Part shown: one piece after another, positions 13,965-24,729 of the stretch
Layout of the letters: each line of letters begins with the position of its first letter
Numbering within the stretch: the first letter of the stretch is position 1
Assembly (NCBI GenBank): GCA_965112155.1
Contig: OZ218099.1
Direction: 5' to 3' (one strand)
DNA from: Podarcis liolepis
Taxonomy: Eukaryota
Length of the DNA stretch: 64,000 bases
The notes under the pieces: model-generated
Database searches by the model: none
Told to the model about the DNA's origin: nothing
Seen by the model: the letters and a program-made list of their open reading frames with translations, nothing else
Made by a program: the position numbers and the translations under genes

Positions 13965-14149
13965 CTTAAACTGTTCAATTAAGATGTCTCTGGCAGTGTT
14001 GAATATCATAGAATGTAACAAATTTGAATATTGCGCTAATGTGTAATCATAATCAAAGCCATAGATCTCCACATCTCCCAGACTGATCTCATTATTTGCA
14101 TAAATAGCCGCCGGGTTAAGAAGACTGCAGACCCCTGGTGGGAGGAGAT
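13965..14149 (-). CDS. NT5DC2: NT5DC2 exon 2 (HAD motif [10 protein letters not shown])
   Basis: (D)[61 protein letters not shown]; TTCCAG acceptor, GTAATG donor; 185 nt. Confidence 0.96.
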
Positions 14150-15203
14150 CTGGAATAAAATAAAGGGGGGGGGGTTAAGAAAAAATAGCCTTTAAGCTTT
14201 TGATCCGATACCATGTAGAGTGAGGATGCTGCCCTGATCTATGAAGTTCCTGTTACTACAGTTTTTAGAGATGCTGCTGTATTTTTATATTCAGCAGACT
14301 ATATAACTAGAGAATTGTGTTCTTCTCTTTCTTGAGATAGCGCTAGCACCTATTTGGCATCACAGTGGAGCTTAACCTGGAAAAATAAGAGTACTCTACA
14401 ATAATTGTTTCAGGACAGATATGACACATGGCCGCATTGTTCCCAGGGACAATAGGAGGCTCCACAGACAAATGTTTGAACCAGCCCCAAGTTAGAGAAA
14501 CTCACAACACTTAGGAGTTGGAAATGTAATGCATAGTCGAAAGATGTTTAACACATTTGGTGGAGATGCCTTTTGATAGAAACAAATGGTTGATGACAGG
14601 AATTAACATTGATTTTGAACTCTTAAAGACTATGGGCATATGAAGATTCTCTAAGCAGCACAAGTCTAGAAATTCATGTCATTGTTTATGGTATGAAATG
14701 GCTTTACTGGTTTCTGCTGAAGAACAGTAAGGTTGCTTGCTGAATTATCTTGAGAAATTGCTTATTTCACCTCATATTTGAATACATATTACAATGCTCT
14801 AAGATAGAATGAATAGAATTCACACAACAACTGTAGTAGGCTTCATAAAACTTTTTTTAAAAAAACAAAACAAAACTGTAGTAGACTGCTTGATGAATTT
14901 CCAAATTGTTTTAAGCTTGTGGAAGAAATCACATTCACATTTTTTATGTTTAATGTTTCCATGGTGAAATGTGGAATATCTCTCTGAATTTGAAGGGAAT
15001 ATCTGGATTTCCAAGAGCCCTAAAGTTGTGTGTAGTACTTATAAAATTATCCAATTAGGATCACTAATTTCAGTGTGAAAAATTAAATATTGTTTGGAAC
15101 AACAAATTATTAGAAACAGTAAAAATTCTCTTCTCTCAATCACGTATTATTCTGAAAATTTTGACCATCACCAGCCCAAAGCCATTTAATATGTGCTTTC
15201 CTA

Positions 15204-15458
15204 CAGAGCCGTAGCTAGGTGATCTTGCGCCCCTGGCAGAACCGTTCAGATTGCGCCCCCTAGCCATGGACAAATTAGCTCTTCTTTCCACCTCTCCTCC
15301 TTCACCCATTCAATTCACCCTCTATTTAAAACCATTTCTTATGAGGCAATAATTTATATTTATATTTATGAACATATTTTTAGCCAATTTTGCGGGGGGG
15401 GGGGGATCGCCTGTGCCCCTGCGGGGGCCCACCTCACCCCCCTCTAGCTATGGCCCTG
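15204..15458. mobile_element. hAT MITE
   Basis: TIRs CAGAGCCGTAGCTAG / CTAGCTATGGCCCTG; perfect 8-bp TSD CTTTCCTA. Confidence 0.9.
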
Positions 15459-17223
15459 CTTTCCTATTCTATATACCTCTCTCATGGATTGATACAATGC
15501 TCTATTGATCTGGATAGAATTATGCAAGTTTTTGAATACTAACAGAACCACTTCAATTACTACTGAAGCTAAAAGTATGCCAATGTCCAAATAAATATAG
15601 GTTGCCTGATACAAATAAGCTACTTCCTCAAAACACCATGCAGCATTTAGCTTCCCAAAGTAGGGAAAACAAAATGCTGTGAAAGCAGCTAAGCTTAAGC
15701 AACACTGAGGACTGAAGGAAGCAAACACTTCATCACACAAGATTTAACACAACACATCAGCTTCACATTCCTAGTGCCCTAAAAAAATATTTGCTCTCCA
15801 GCAATTTATTCTAAGTGGCCCTGCTTGATTCCTCAGGACTACTGCTATCTAATGAGAAAACACCCCCCAAGTGGGAACAAGTTAGCTTCCGAAGACGTTG
15901 CTACCATTAATATGCAAATGGAAACACCACAAGACAACTAACTTCCCAAACTCATCACTACAGATTTGCAGTTGATCCTTAAGTCACACAGCACCCAGGT
16001 TAAAAAGGATTAAGACCAAGCTTGTTTTGTTAACTGATGTTTTAGCATATTGTCTTAGGTTTTTAATATAAGAAGCCAAGTCCATTGTGGGAAAAACAAA
16101 GGTTCCAGCAAATCAGACTTATCATAAGCCACGGAAGGCTCAGCAGGAGCACTGGGAGCTTTTGATTTTCTTCTCCCCTTAGTTACGTTTATGCCTTTCA
16201 CTACCCTCCTTCCCATAGCTCATGCTTGGTTCCATGTCCATTTCCTCCCTTTCTTTCTCTTTTCCTCCCTCCAGTTTGAACCTTAAAGGCTCCTTCCCAC
16301 CTACCTTGCTCTCTAACCAACTCCCACAGGTGCCTCTGAACTATGCATGTGGAGAACTGTTAGCGTCTATTCAACTAAAATGCTGTTGGGGGGCAGGGCA
16401 AGCTGAAGTGCTGAGGGCCACTGGTGGCCTCTGGCCCACTACCTTAAAATGCTGCCTAGTCTGCTTAGAGCAAGAAAGGTAAATGCTTTGAACAGTACTC
16501 AGAAACCACCCAGGAACCAGGGGAGCTGTTTCAAAATAGATGCTATCTGCTCCCTGAAACTGATACTTGTCAATAATCTGGCTGTCACATTCTGAATTCC
16601 CTCAGCTGAAGTTTGCAGAAGCACTTCAGGAGCAGCCTGAAGCAGAAACCCAATCTAAAAGTTACAAGCATGCATAACAATGGTCAGGGAACTATTCCCC
16701 ATGAGGTCCCAAAGTTTGGAAATCAGCCAAAGCTGGTTTAAAAAAAAAGTCTCCACTGTTCCCAATTCACCATACCAGCACCTTCAGTCAGACTTCAGGC
16801 TTAGGGAACTAGCTTGTTCTTACTAGCACTACTAACTGGAGCCAGGTGTAAAGAATTGTTTTGGATACCAGAATTGAATGGAACTCAGTTCTTCTACAGT
16901 TTGGGGATGGTCTACCCGCATCCCCAAGCTATTCATTTGAGGAGCATAATTTAGGGTCATTCTTAGTTAAACAACTATGAGTGAGAAATCCTTGATAACC
17001 TACTTCAGATCACCCAGAGAGCTGTCCAACTCTGTCTTAAGGAGGTATGTAACCCCATTTACAAAGTCTCTCCAAAAGGGATCAGAACATCTGACCCGAG
17101 TTTCAGCTTGTTTTGCGCTTATCCAGCTCACCACCAAACTGAATGAAACTATTATCTTGAACCTTTTCATTCCAGGTTCTGGTCTGGTTTCAGGACAGAA
17201 TTGGCTTTGGTCACCCTGACAGG

Positions 17224-17421
17224 CAGGGCCAACCCACTACATGATTTTGACACCTTTGGTGACTCACAAAAAGGTGCCCTCTCCCCACCAGGGAAAAAGG
17301 GGTGAAGATTTCCACCAGGAACAAGGGAGGAAATAAATATATACATTGGGATTTGCTGCTCCTGTGGATCCTGCCACCTGAGGTAGTTGGCTCACCTTGC
17401 TTTATGGGTGGGCCGGCCCTC
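17224..17421. mobile_element. Old hAT MITE
   Basis: Termini CAGGGCCAACCCA / TGGGCCGGCCCTC; degenerate 8-bp TSD CTGACAGG / CTAATAGG. Confidence 0.65.
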
Positions 17422-18733
17422 CTAATAGGTGACCTTTATTGGAAGAGGGAGAGGGGGAATTGCAGCTCTGTTACTTTTGCTTGATCCCTCAACTTTCAGC
17501 TGATGAACATGGGGTGGTAGTTGAAGGCACTGTACTGTATTCGTTCTCTTCCAACCTGTGGGGTAGGTTCCTGAGAACAGGACTAGGTTATTGCCAGGTG
17601 ACAGAGATACAATTATGCTGCAGGGTGCAACAAGTATCAAACATACAAATAAACTCAACAGTTTACTTGGATTTTTAAGATTAGAACTTTTGTAAATATT
17701 TTAATTCATGACAACTCAACAACATAGACTTCCGTTGTTTAAATTTTATGGGGGGAAATGAAGGTATTGAAAAAATCTTAACATACCGCACCACTTTTAG
17801 CAATCTGAAGAGCTGCATGCCCATTATTTAATAGATGGTGATAGTCTATTAATTACAAATTTGAAACTGCCCAACATGACTGATATTGTGTCAGCTCATC
17901 ACGTTATTTATTTTTATGAACGTGCATTTTTAGACTGCAGATTTTCTACGGAAAAATATAGCACTGTAAAATTTTCCACCTCATATCACTGGGTTTTAGA
18001 GTTAATGAATCCGGTATTTTTTTACATCTGTTATCTTGAAATTGTTGTCCCAACTAGTTTCTTCCACTAGCATTTAACATACTTGGCAATGGTAAACTAC
18101 TGATTATGACTTTGCCAAGGGGACACTGAGCACGTACCAGAAATACAAAATAGTTTCAGATGTAGACGTTAACGATGCATCATATAGGATATGAAAGGCC
18201 CTAAAGTGGGCAGATGAGAACTTAATAATAATCTAATCTATCTATCTATCTATTACAAGAATACAGTAGACTAGATGCTGATATCTAAGTGATTGAAGGA
18301 ACTCAGCTGTATACTAACATGTGTCCCATATGATCCAACTTGTTTTATGCCCTTCTCATCTGAGCAAACATCTATTCTCAAAAGAGTATTTGAAGCCATT
18401 CTAACTTTGGAAGGCTGTGGGTCTAGAAAGTCCTGCTTGCTCTCTACAGTGACAAATGAGTATCTGATGAAACATGTTGGACAAACCAACAAAAGCAATC
18501 AGATGGGATTCTGGCCACACAGCTCCCTGGCGAAATTAGAACACAGCTACGGTACTGCACTCCTTTTCATATAAAACCAGGCTGCGAACAGCTTAATCTG
18601 AGGGCTCCCAACGGGGCTAACGATTTGCAGTGGGGCAGCTGGGGGAGGAAGCATTGCAATTCATCACCATCAGGTTCCACTTCCACAAATGCATCAGGCA
18701 CACAGTCAAATCTCCCACCCCGCGTGGGGAGGC

Positions 18734-18771
18734 TAATAATAATAATAATAACAACAATAATAATAATAATA
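18734..18771. repeat. (AAT/AAC)n microsatellite
   Basis: Seen directly, about 10 nt into NT5DC2 intron 1. Confidence 0.95.
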
Positions 18772-18781
18772 TTTTGGTTAC

Positions 18782-19115
18782 CGTAAACCAGCTTTTTCAT
18801 CTCGTGGTACCTGGCCCAAAGATAGGACTTGGTGTCGACCCCTTCGACGGGGCTGCCCAAAGGGGCAGTGGCTGCATGGCTGGAGTCCCCGGCTCTTTTG
18901 ACTTTGCCGTTCAAGGAGGGCGGCGGCGGTGGCGGTGGCGAGTGTCCCGCCGACTGGTGCTGGTGGGCCCTCGGCTGGCTGCAGCCAGCGCGCCCGTCTC
19001 CGCTGCCTTTGGAGGCGCAGCTGTGAGTGGAAGCGGCAGCGGCCACCAGCTGGAGACCGACTCCGCCGCTCTTCCACACGCTGCCGCCTGCAGCCTTGAG
19101 TCCCGCGGCAGCCAT
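18782..19115 (-). CDS. NT5DC2: 5'-nucleotidase domain-containing protein 2, coding exon 1
   Basis: MAAAGLKAAGG...SYLWARYHEMKKLVY in a CpG island; matches recalled NT5DC2 LWARYxxMxxLV; donor G|GTAACC at 18781, phase 1. Confidence 0.93.
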
Positions 19116-19640
19116 GGAGCCTCTCCGGGGCGGCAGGACGCCTCTTCCGTGAGGGGTTAAAAGGGCATAACCTCAGAGAAGCACGAAAAGGCCACCTCAG
19201 CCCCTCGCAGTCCCCTGCTCTCTGCTCCGGCCACTGGCCGCGCGACGCGACTTCTACAGCCGCCGCCGCGCAACAGCCAGCCAGCCAATGGAAGCGCAGC
19301 CAAGCTGGCCAATCCTTGGCGCCCCATCAGGAGAGACCCCTTGCGAGGAGGAGCAGGCGGCGGGGTCTCCGAACCCAGGCGCTGCGCGGCGACTTGGGAT
19401 TTGTAGGCTGAGCGAATCTTTTCCTCGCGGCCTCTCTCCGAGTATTCGAGGAGCCAAGGACTACCACACCCGTGAGCCCTTTCGCCCGCCCCGCTGGAAG
19501 GTATTTAAATCATTCAGTGCGGCGATGTTTTCCAAAAGACTGCGCGCTTGACGATTGTGTTGCGCTGCGCTTCTTGCCGTGGGGAAGAGGGAGGTTTGGG
19601 CTACGGTTTCTATTCGTCGTCTGCTTTTCCTCGCTTAGTT
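18800..19640. promoter_or_regulatory. CpG island / NT5DC2 promoter
   Basis: High GC and CpG density over exon 1 and upstream; two CCAAT boxes near 19285 and 19309. Confidence 0.8.
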
Positions 19641-19844
19641 GTTTCTGCCTGTCTGGAGAAAGAGGAGGCCTGTCTATTCGTTAGAGGAGCTCTTAGTGAA
19701 ATAAATGGATGGGGGGGGGGGAGAAGAGAAGAGAGAAGGTAATTACTCCTCCACGCTAAGCCTATTTATTCAGAAATAAGTTCCATTGCTTTCAGCGGGG
19801 CTTACTCCTTTGTATTCTTACCAAGGAATAAGCGCCACAGGGCT

Positions 19845-20395
19845 TCTATAAGCCCAGTGAGATTTGGCGTGAGGGGTCAGTATGCTGATGACACTCGGTT
19901 CTCTTTTTCTCTGTCTAGTGTAAGGGTGGTCCCGCAGGTATGAGACCGGTGTTTGCATTGTGTAATGGGCTGGACAAGGCCAAGAAACTGAACTGGTATT
20001 CTGAGGTGCTTTGTGTAAGTGGTGCGTAGTCTGTTCTTTGGGAAGGTTGCACTCCCTTTGAAAGAGCAGGCGTGTAGTGGTGGAGCGTGGAGGCAGGTAT
20101 TCTTGGATCCAGCATTGTCACCTCAGGCCCAGGTGCTTCCAGTGGCATGGAAGGCCTTTTTCCAGCTTTGACTGGTTGGCAAACTACAACTGTAACTGAA
20201 CGGATTACTGTAATGGGCTGTTCGTGATGCTGACTTTGAAGACAAGCTGAAAGCTTTAATGAGTGCTGATGCAACTGCTAGAATTTTAACCGGTAGAGCT
20301 GGATGAAATCGTATTAAACCGATTCTGAAAAAGTTACATTGGCTGCCTATTTACTCTCGAGGTGCTGGTCTTTAAAGCCCCTAAACAGCTTGGGA
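19845..20395 (+). mobile_element. Decayed L2 LINE ORF2 remnant
   Basis: Reads FGVRGQYADDT (RT YADD motif) near 19863-19896; downstream LHWLP-like TTACATTGGCTGCCT. Confidence 0.7.
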
Positions 20396-20899
20396 TGCTG
20401 TTTTACAATACCACCCCATACGTGTTTTGTGCATTCATCTCATAAAATGGAATCTGGTCCACGAACGCTTATGCTGTGAGCCGCCCTGTGATCTTCGGCG
20501 GTTAATAAATTATTATTAATAATTATTATGCCATAATAAATGTTGGCCTTTAAGATGCCACATGGCAGTTCTTTCCCCCGCCACGCAGACTAATAGTTCC
20601 ACTGTCAGGAAATGACGCATTGGAATTATTTTGAAGGGAAGCAACAACCAGTCGAATATGGATCCAAGTTGCACAACGCAGCGCTAATATAGCCAACATC
20701 TACAACACGGCTTTTTTCTGGATCCTGTATCTTCAGCACGAGTCTTGTCCCCGCCCCTACGAGCATTCCCTGCAACACTAGACCTTCCTGTTTTGTAGTT
20801 TAGAGAAAAGCAACACGGGGACATCTGGAAGCTTATGGCGGAGACCTGAAATACTGTGCCCCTTACTCGGGACTACTCCCACTGAAGCGTGCCTTTAAT

Positions 20900-21320
20900 A
20901 TCGCTAGGAGCTAGCTGCTCCCTTGCGCTCTCGGGCCCGCCGTTAGCGCTCGAGTTCCTCAGCTAAAGGAAAAAAACGATCTCCTCCCGCCTATTCCTCA
21001 TCTGTTCCACAAGCCACGCCCTCTAGCGCAGCGAGCCAATGGGATCCGGCTATTTCCCTTAGCGCGTCAGGAGGAGGCGGAGCGAATTTTCCTCTTCCGT
21101 CGTCTCTTGCCCACAAGGGGTAAGTCTGCCGCCTCGCACAGGTCTGCTCTTTAAGCTCCAAGGTGAGGGCCTGCCGCGCGGCAGAGAGTCTTCAGGGCGG
21201 CTCAGTGATTGGGTGAATTCGAAAACGCAGAGTGGGGGTATTTGCCGTTATGACCGTTGAACCTGCGAGGGGTGGGGTGGTCGGGGTGGAGGAGCTGCTG
21301 CAGTAAGCGCTCCAAACTCG
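20900..21320 (+). promoter_or_regulatory. CpG island / probable SMIM4 promoter and non-coding first exon
   Basis: CpG-rich; CCAAT near 21036; GC/KLF boxes (CCACGCCC near 21014, GGAGGCGGAG near 21073); ETS-like CTTCCG near 21094; candidate donors GTAAGT at 21120 and GTGAGG at 21163. Confidence 0.7.
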
Positions 21321-21550
21321 GGCCCACAAGAGACTGGAAGGTGTCAATGGAGTGGCGAATAAAAGACGCGGGTGATGGTGGTGGAACATAGGGCTAAGAG
21401 GTGAATAAAATGATGCACCTTGCGGAGAAAGTCGCACGCCCATTCTCATAGTGCGGAAACTAAGGGTCACCTAAGGAAGCTTAATAGTTAAGCTGTGGAG
21501 TTTTTGTACTGCAAGATGAAACAGTGGGCGGCTTCAAAAGGGGCTTGGAC

Positions 21551-21752
21551 AGGGTCCGCTCAAGACATTTTGCTGCCTGAGGCAAACCACTGAATGGCGG
21601 CCCCCTTCCTCCCCGCCAGGGAAGGAGGAGTGGGTGAAGAGCTACATCAGGAAAGGGGGTGGGCATAAAGATAACAAGGGAGTCTGCTGCCCCTATGGAT
21701 CTTTCCACCTGAGGCAGTCGCCTCACCTTGTCTGATGCATGGGCTGGTCCTG
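21551..21752. mobile_element. Old hAT MITE nested in a CR1 3' remnant
   Basis: Related to 17224-17421; degenerate TSD GCTTGGAC / GTTTAGAC; flanks join into a CR1-like GGCTTCAAAAGGGGCTTGGAC-AAATTCATGGAGG. Confidence 0.65.
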
Positions 21753-22511
21753 GTTTAGACAAAATTCATGGAGGGTAAGGCTGCTAGTCACAATGGTTAT
21801 TGGAAATTGATAGCTTCTGAATACTAGTTACTGGGAATTACAAAAGGAGGAAATGCTGCTGTGCTTATGCCCAGCTTCCATCCTGTCCTGGATAAAGGAC
21901 TAGATGGGCTAACAGACTAACTGAAAACAAGACTAAAACGAGTCATGACTAAGGTATTAATTTAACCCCTTTTTCCTCCAGGAACAGGGCCACCTGATAA
22001 ACAAGCATCTAGTTGCATGTTTGTTGAGAATAGGTAGCTATTTGTCTTAAATACAAAGAGAAAGCAGCTGTAAATAGTAGGCTGAAGTAGTGATCAAGTT
22101 TTGTGAAGGGTCTACTGGGCCTATTGACTGATACACACTGTAAAATTCTGCAGGTACCTCAAATATACAATCTGTATTATAAAACAGGGATGGGTAGCCT
22201 GTTCCAACAGCCAATAGGGGCAGTGATTTACAACAGAAGCATAATTATGTTCTGTCAGAAAAGTGGTTTCCAGGGTTTTTTGGTGAGTAATTCAGGAGAA
22301 CCCTCATATTAGTGCATAGGGGAGGAGAGGGGGGATCATTTCATCTGGAAGCTGAAAAGCTTGTGTGGATTAAAATACTGTCATAGCGCTATTTATGAGT
22401 CATTCTATAAATGAATGTGAAAATGATAGAATGCATATAATTTCAAGAATACATTCATACGCACACTGTCCTAGGAATAATTGCCAATTAAGTGGAATTT
22501 ACTAATGAGAA

Positions 22512-22853
22512 GTGTGGGTTAAACCACAGAGCCTAGGACTTGCCGATCAGAAGGTCGGTGGTTCGAATCCCCGCAGCGGGGTGAGCTCCCATTGCTCAGT
22601 GCTGGCTCCTGCCAACCTAGCAGTTCAAAAGCATGTCAAAGTGCAAGTAGATAAATAGGTACAACTTTGGTGGGAAGGTAAACGGTGTTTCCGTACGCTG
22701 CTCTGGCTCGCCAGAAGCGGCTTAATCATGCTGGCCACATGACCCGGAAGCTGTATGCCGGCTCCCTCGGCCAATAAAGCGAGATGAGTGCCGCAACCCC
22801 AGAGTCGGTCACGACTGGACTTAAATGGTCAGGGGTCCCTTTACCTTTACCTT
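22512..22853 (+). mobile_element. Sauria SINE (slightly 5'-truncated) in SMIM4 intron
   Basis: B-box GGTTCGAATCC, recalled Sauria SINE body, (ACCTTT)n tail; 10-bp TSD CTAATGAGAA at 22502-22511 and 22855-22864. Confidence 0.92.
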
Positions 22854-23071
22854 GCTAATGAGAAAGCGTGCATAGATCAGTCTGCATAGCTCTTTATCAT
22901 TTGAGTTTTGAATGTTTATTGCACAGGGTCAAGTTGTGTACAAGAAAGATATGAAACCCAGTTGGTTTCATTAGCTACTCTCCATATAGGTTGATTAATC
23001 AATTTTATCAATTTTTTTACATTTTCTAGGATCAACCACTCCTTTGCAAGGATTATAAGTTCCTATGTAAA

Positions 23072-23222
23072 ATGCTTGTCAAACATAAAATAAAACTACT
23101 CTTGAACATGGTGCCTGGAAAGCAACGCTTTGGAGTATATCGATTTCTCCCTTTCTTTTTTATCCTTGGAGGTGCTATGGAATGGTTTATGATCAGAGTC
23201 CGAATTGGGCAAGAGACTTTTT
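23072..23222 (+). CDS. SMIM4: SMIM4/UQCC5 mitochondrial microprotein (complex III assembly factor), coding exon 1
   Basis: MLVKHKIKLLLNMVPGKQRFGVYRFLPFFFILGGAMEWFMIRVRIGQETF; acceptor TTTCTAG at 23029, donor T|GTAAGT at 23223. Confidence 0.96.
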
Positions 23223-24667
23223 GTAAGTATTTTCATAAAGTTTTCTGGTATTTATTTCTTAGCAGATATATCTACAGTCATTGTTATGAGCCTAGACTTA
23301 ACAGATATTTCCTAGTTTGTGTAACCCATTACCTCTAAAATAAGTTCATAATTGCTTAATCATACCTGAAGATTTGCTTTGCTTTATGTTCAGCTTTTAT
23401 TAAATGGAGAAATAGCCCAATAAGATCTCAAACAGGTAACCACAATATGGATAACTTAAGACTTTATGGCTAATGGTATTAAAGGTCTCAGAACTCTTTA
23501 ATGGGATGCAGTTGCCCTTGCTGCTCTTCTAAGAGACAAGTGACATATTTCACAAAGTGCAATTTCAGTGCTATGCCCAATTCAATACCTAGACTGGTCA
23601 TTTAAGAAGTTGATGGTTTAGTCAGCTACTGTATATGCTCAGTGATCTTCCCCCTCCCTTGAAAAAGTTAGAATGAATGATTCTCAGCCACAGCCACCAA
23701 GGAAGCCTGTTTTTCTCAAAATGGTTTTACCTGCTGTCAACCATTGGCTGTCATCTTACATGCATGAAAAGCAACCCTTCACGGGTAAGTACCAGCAGTA
23801 TCATCTCATGAAATAGGTAGCAGACTTAAGTCAGCAGTAACCTGGCTAGTTTCTCCCATGAGGCTATTTTGGTTAAACCATATTCACCTGTTTTTTGATG
23901 CCTGGTTATATAATTTCTGGTATTCTAAATTGGAACATGGCTGGATCTGTTATCTTTGATCTAACCTTGGAGATGAGGGATCTCTTCTCTCTAGTCTTTG
24001 AAGGTTAGTGCTAAGATCAGGTAAGCCTCTGCCTGCTCTTTGACAGTAAACTGCCAGAGCAGGCAGCCGTTCTCTGATCATAGTGCTGTGGAATTACAGC
24101 ACAAGATCAGAGATAAATAAGACTCTACTGTTTTTTACCATAAAAGAACAAGCAGAGGCTTGTCTCTTCTCTTGGTTCTCGTCCTACTGCACTAGGAGAT
24201 GTGCCTCTACTTGCTGCTTGATAGTGAAAGGCAGTGGGAGAGGCTTATCTCCAATTTTAGTGCTGTGGGACAAAAAGTATTAAGATCGGAGATAAGCCTA
24301 ACACTTCTGCCACAGCTTAAACTTTGATTCACCATATCAGGTGATTGATAAGTGGATCGTCCCACTCGCCTATTAAAAAGGGTCTACTCGTGGGTCAGTT
24401 CTAGATCCAGTGCTTTGGTCAGATCACATTCCCCATCCTTGCTCTAACAAGCTTTGCTTCTATAAATCATTCACTCATTGCCATGGTATATTCTTCAAAA
24501 TACGGTATTTGGTGCTGTGATCTGGTTTGGCATGAATCAGCCCATTCAGCTGATTGTTTACATTGCGGGAGGCGGGGGATAGCTGTCTAACGAAGTGACG
24601 TAATAAATGTAAGATGCATTTAAAGGATGTTTCCACCACAGTATTTTGAGAAATAAATATTTTACAG

Positions 24668-24729
24668 ATGACGTTTACCGTAGAAAAAGGTCTGAGAGAC
24701 AGCATGAGCAAAATTTGGAAGGAAGATGA
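24668..24729 (+). CDS. SMIM4: SMIM4/UQCC5 coding exon 2 (stop)
   Basis: TTTACAG acceptor; (Y)DVYRRKRSERQHEQNLEGR*; total CDS 213 nt = 70 aa plus stop. Confidence 0.95.

Noticed and set aside
18630-19160. 176-aa plus-strand ORF antisense to NT5DC2 exon 1
   Set aside because: Non-ATG start; its poly-Asn comes from an AAT microsatellite; stop-poor only because of high GC
23223-23338. Extension of the SMIM4 ORF to 88 aa
   Set aside because: Read-through into intron; canonical GTAAGT donor at 23223 and the true last exon is at 24668
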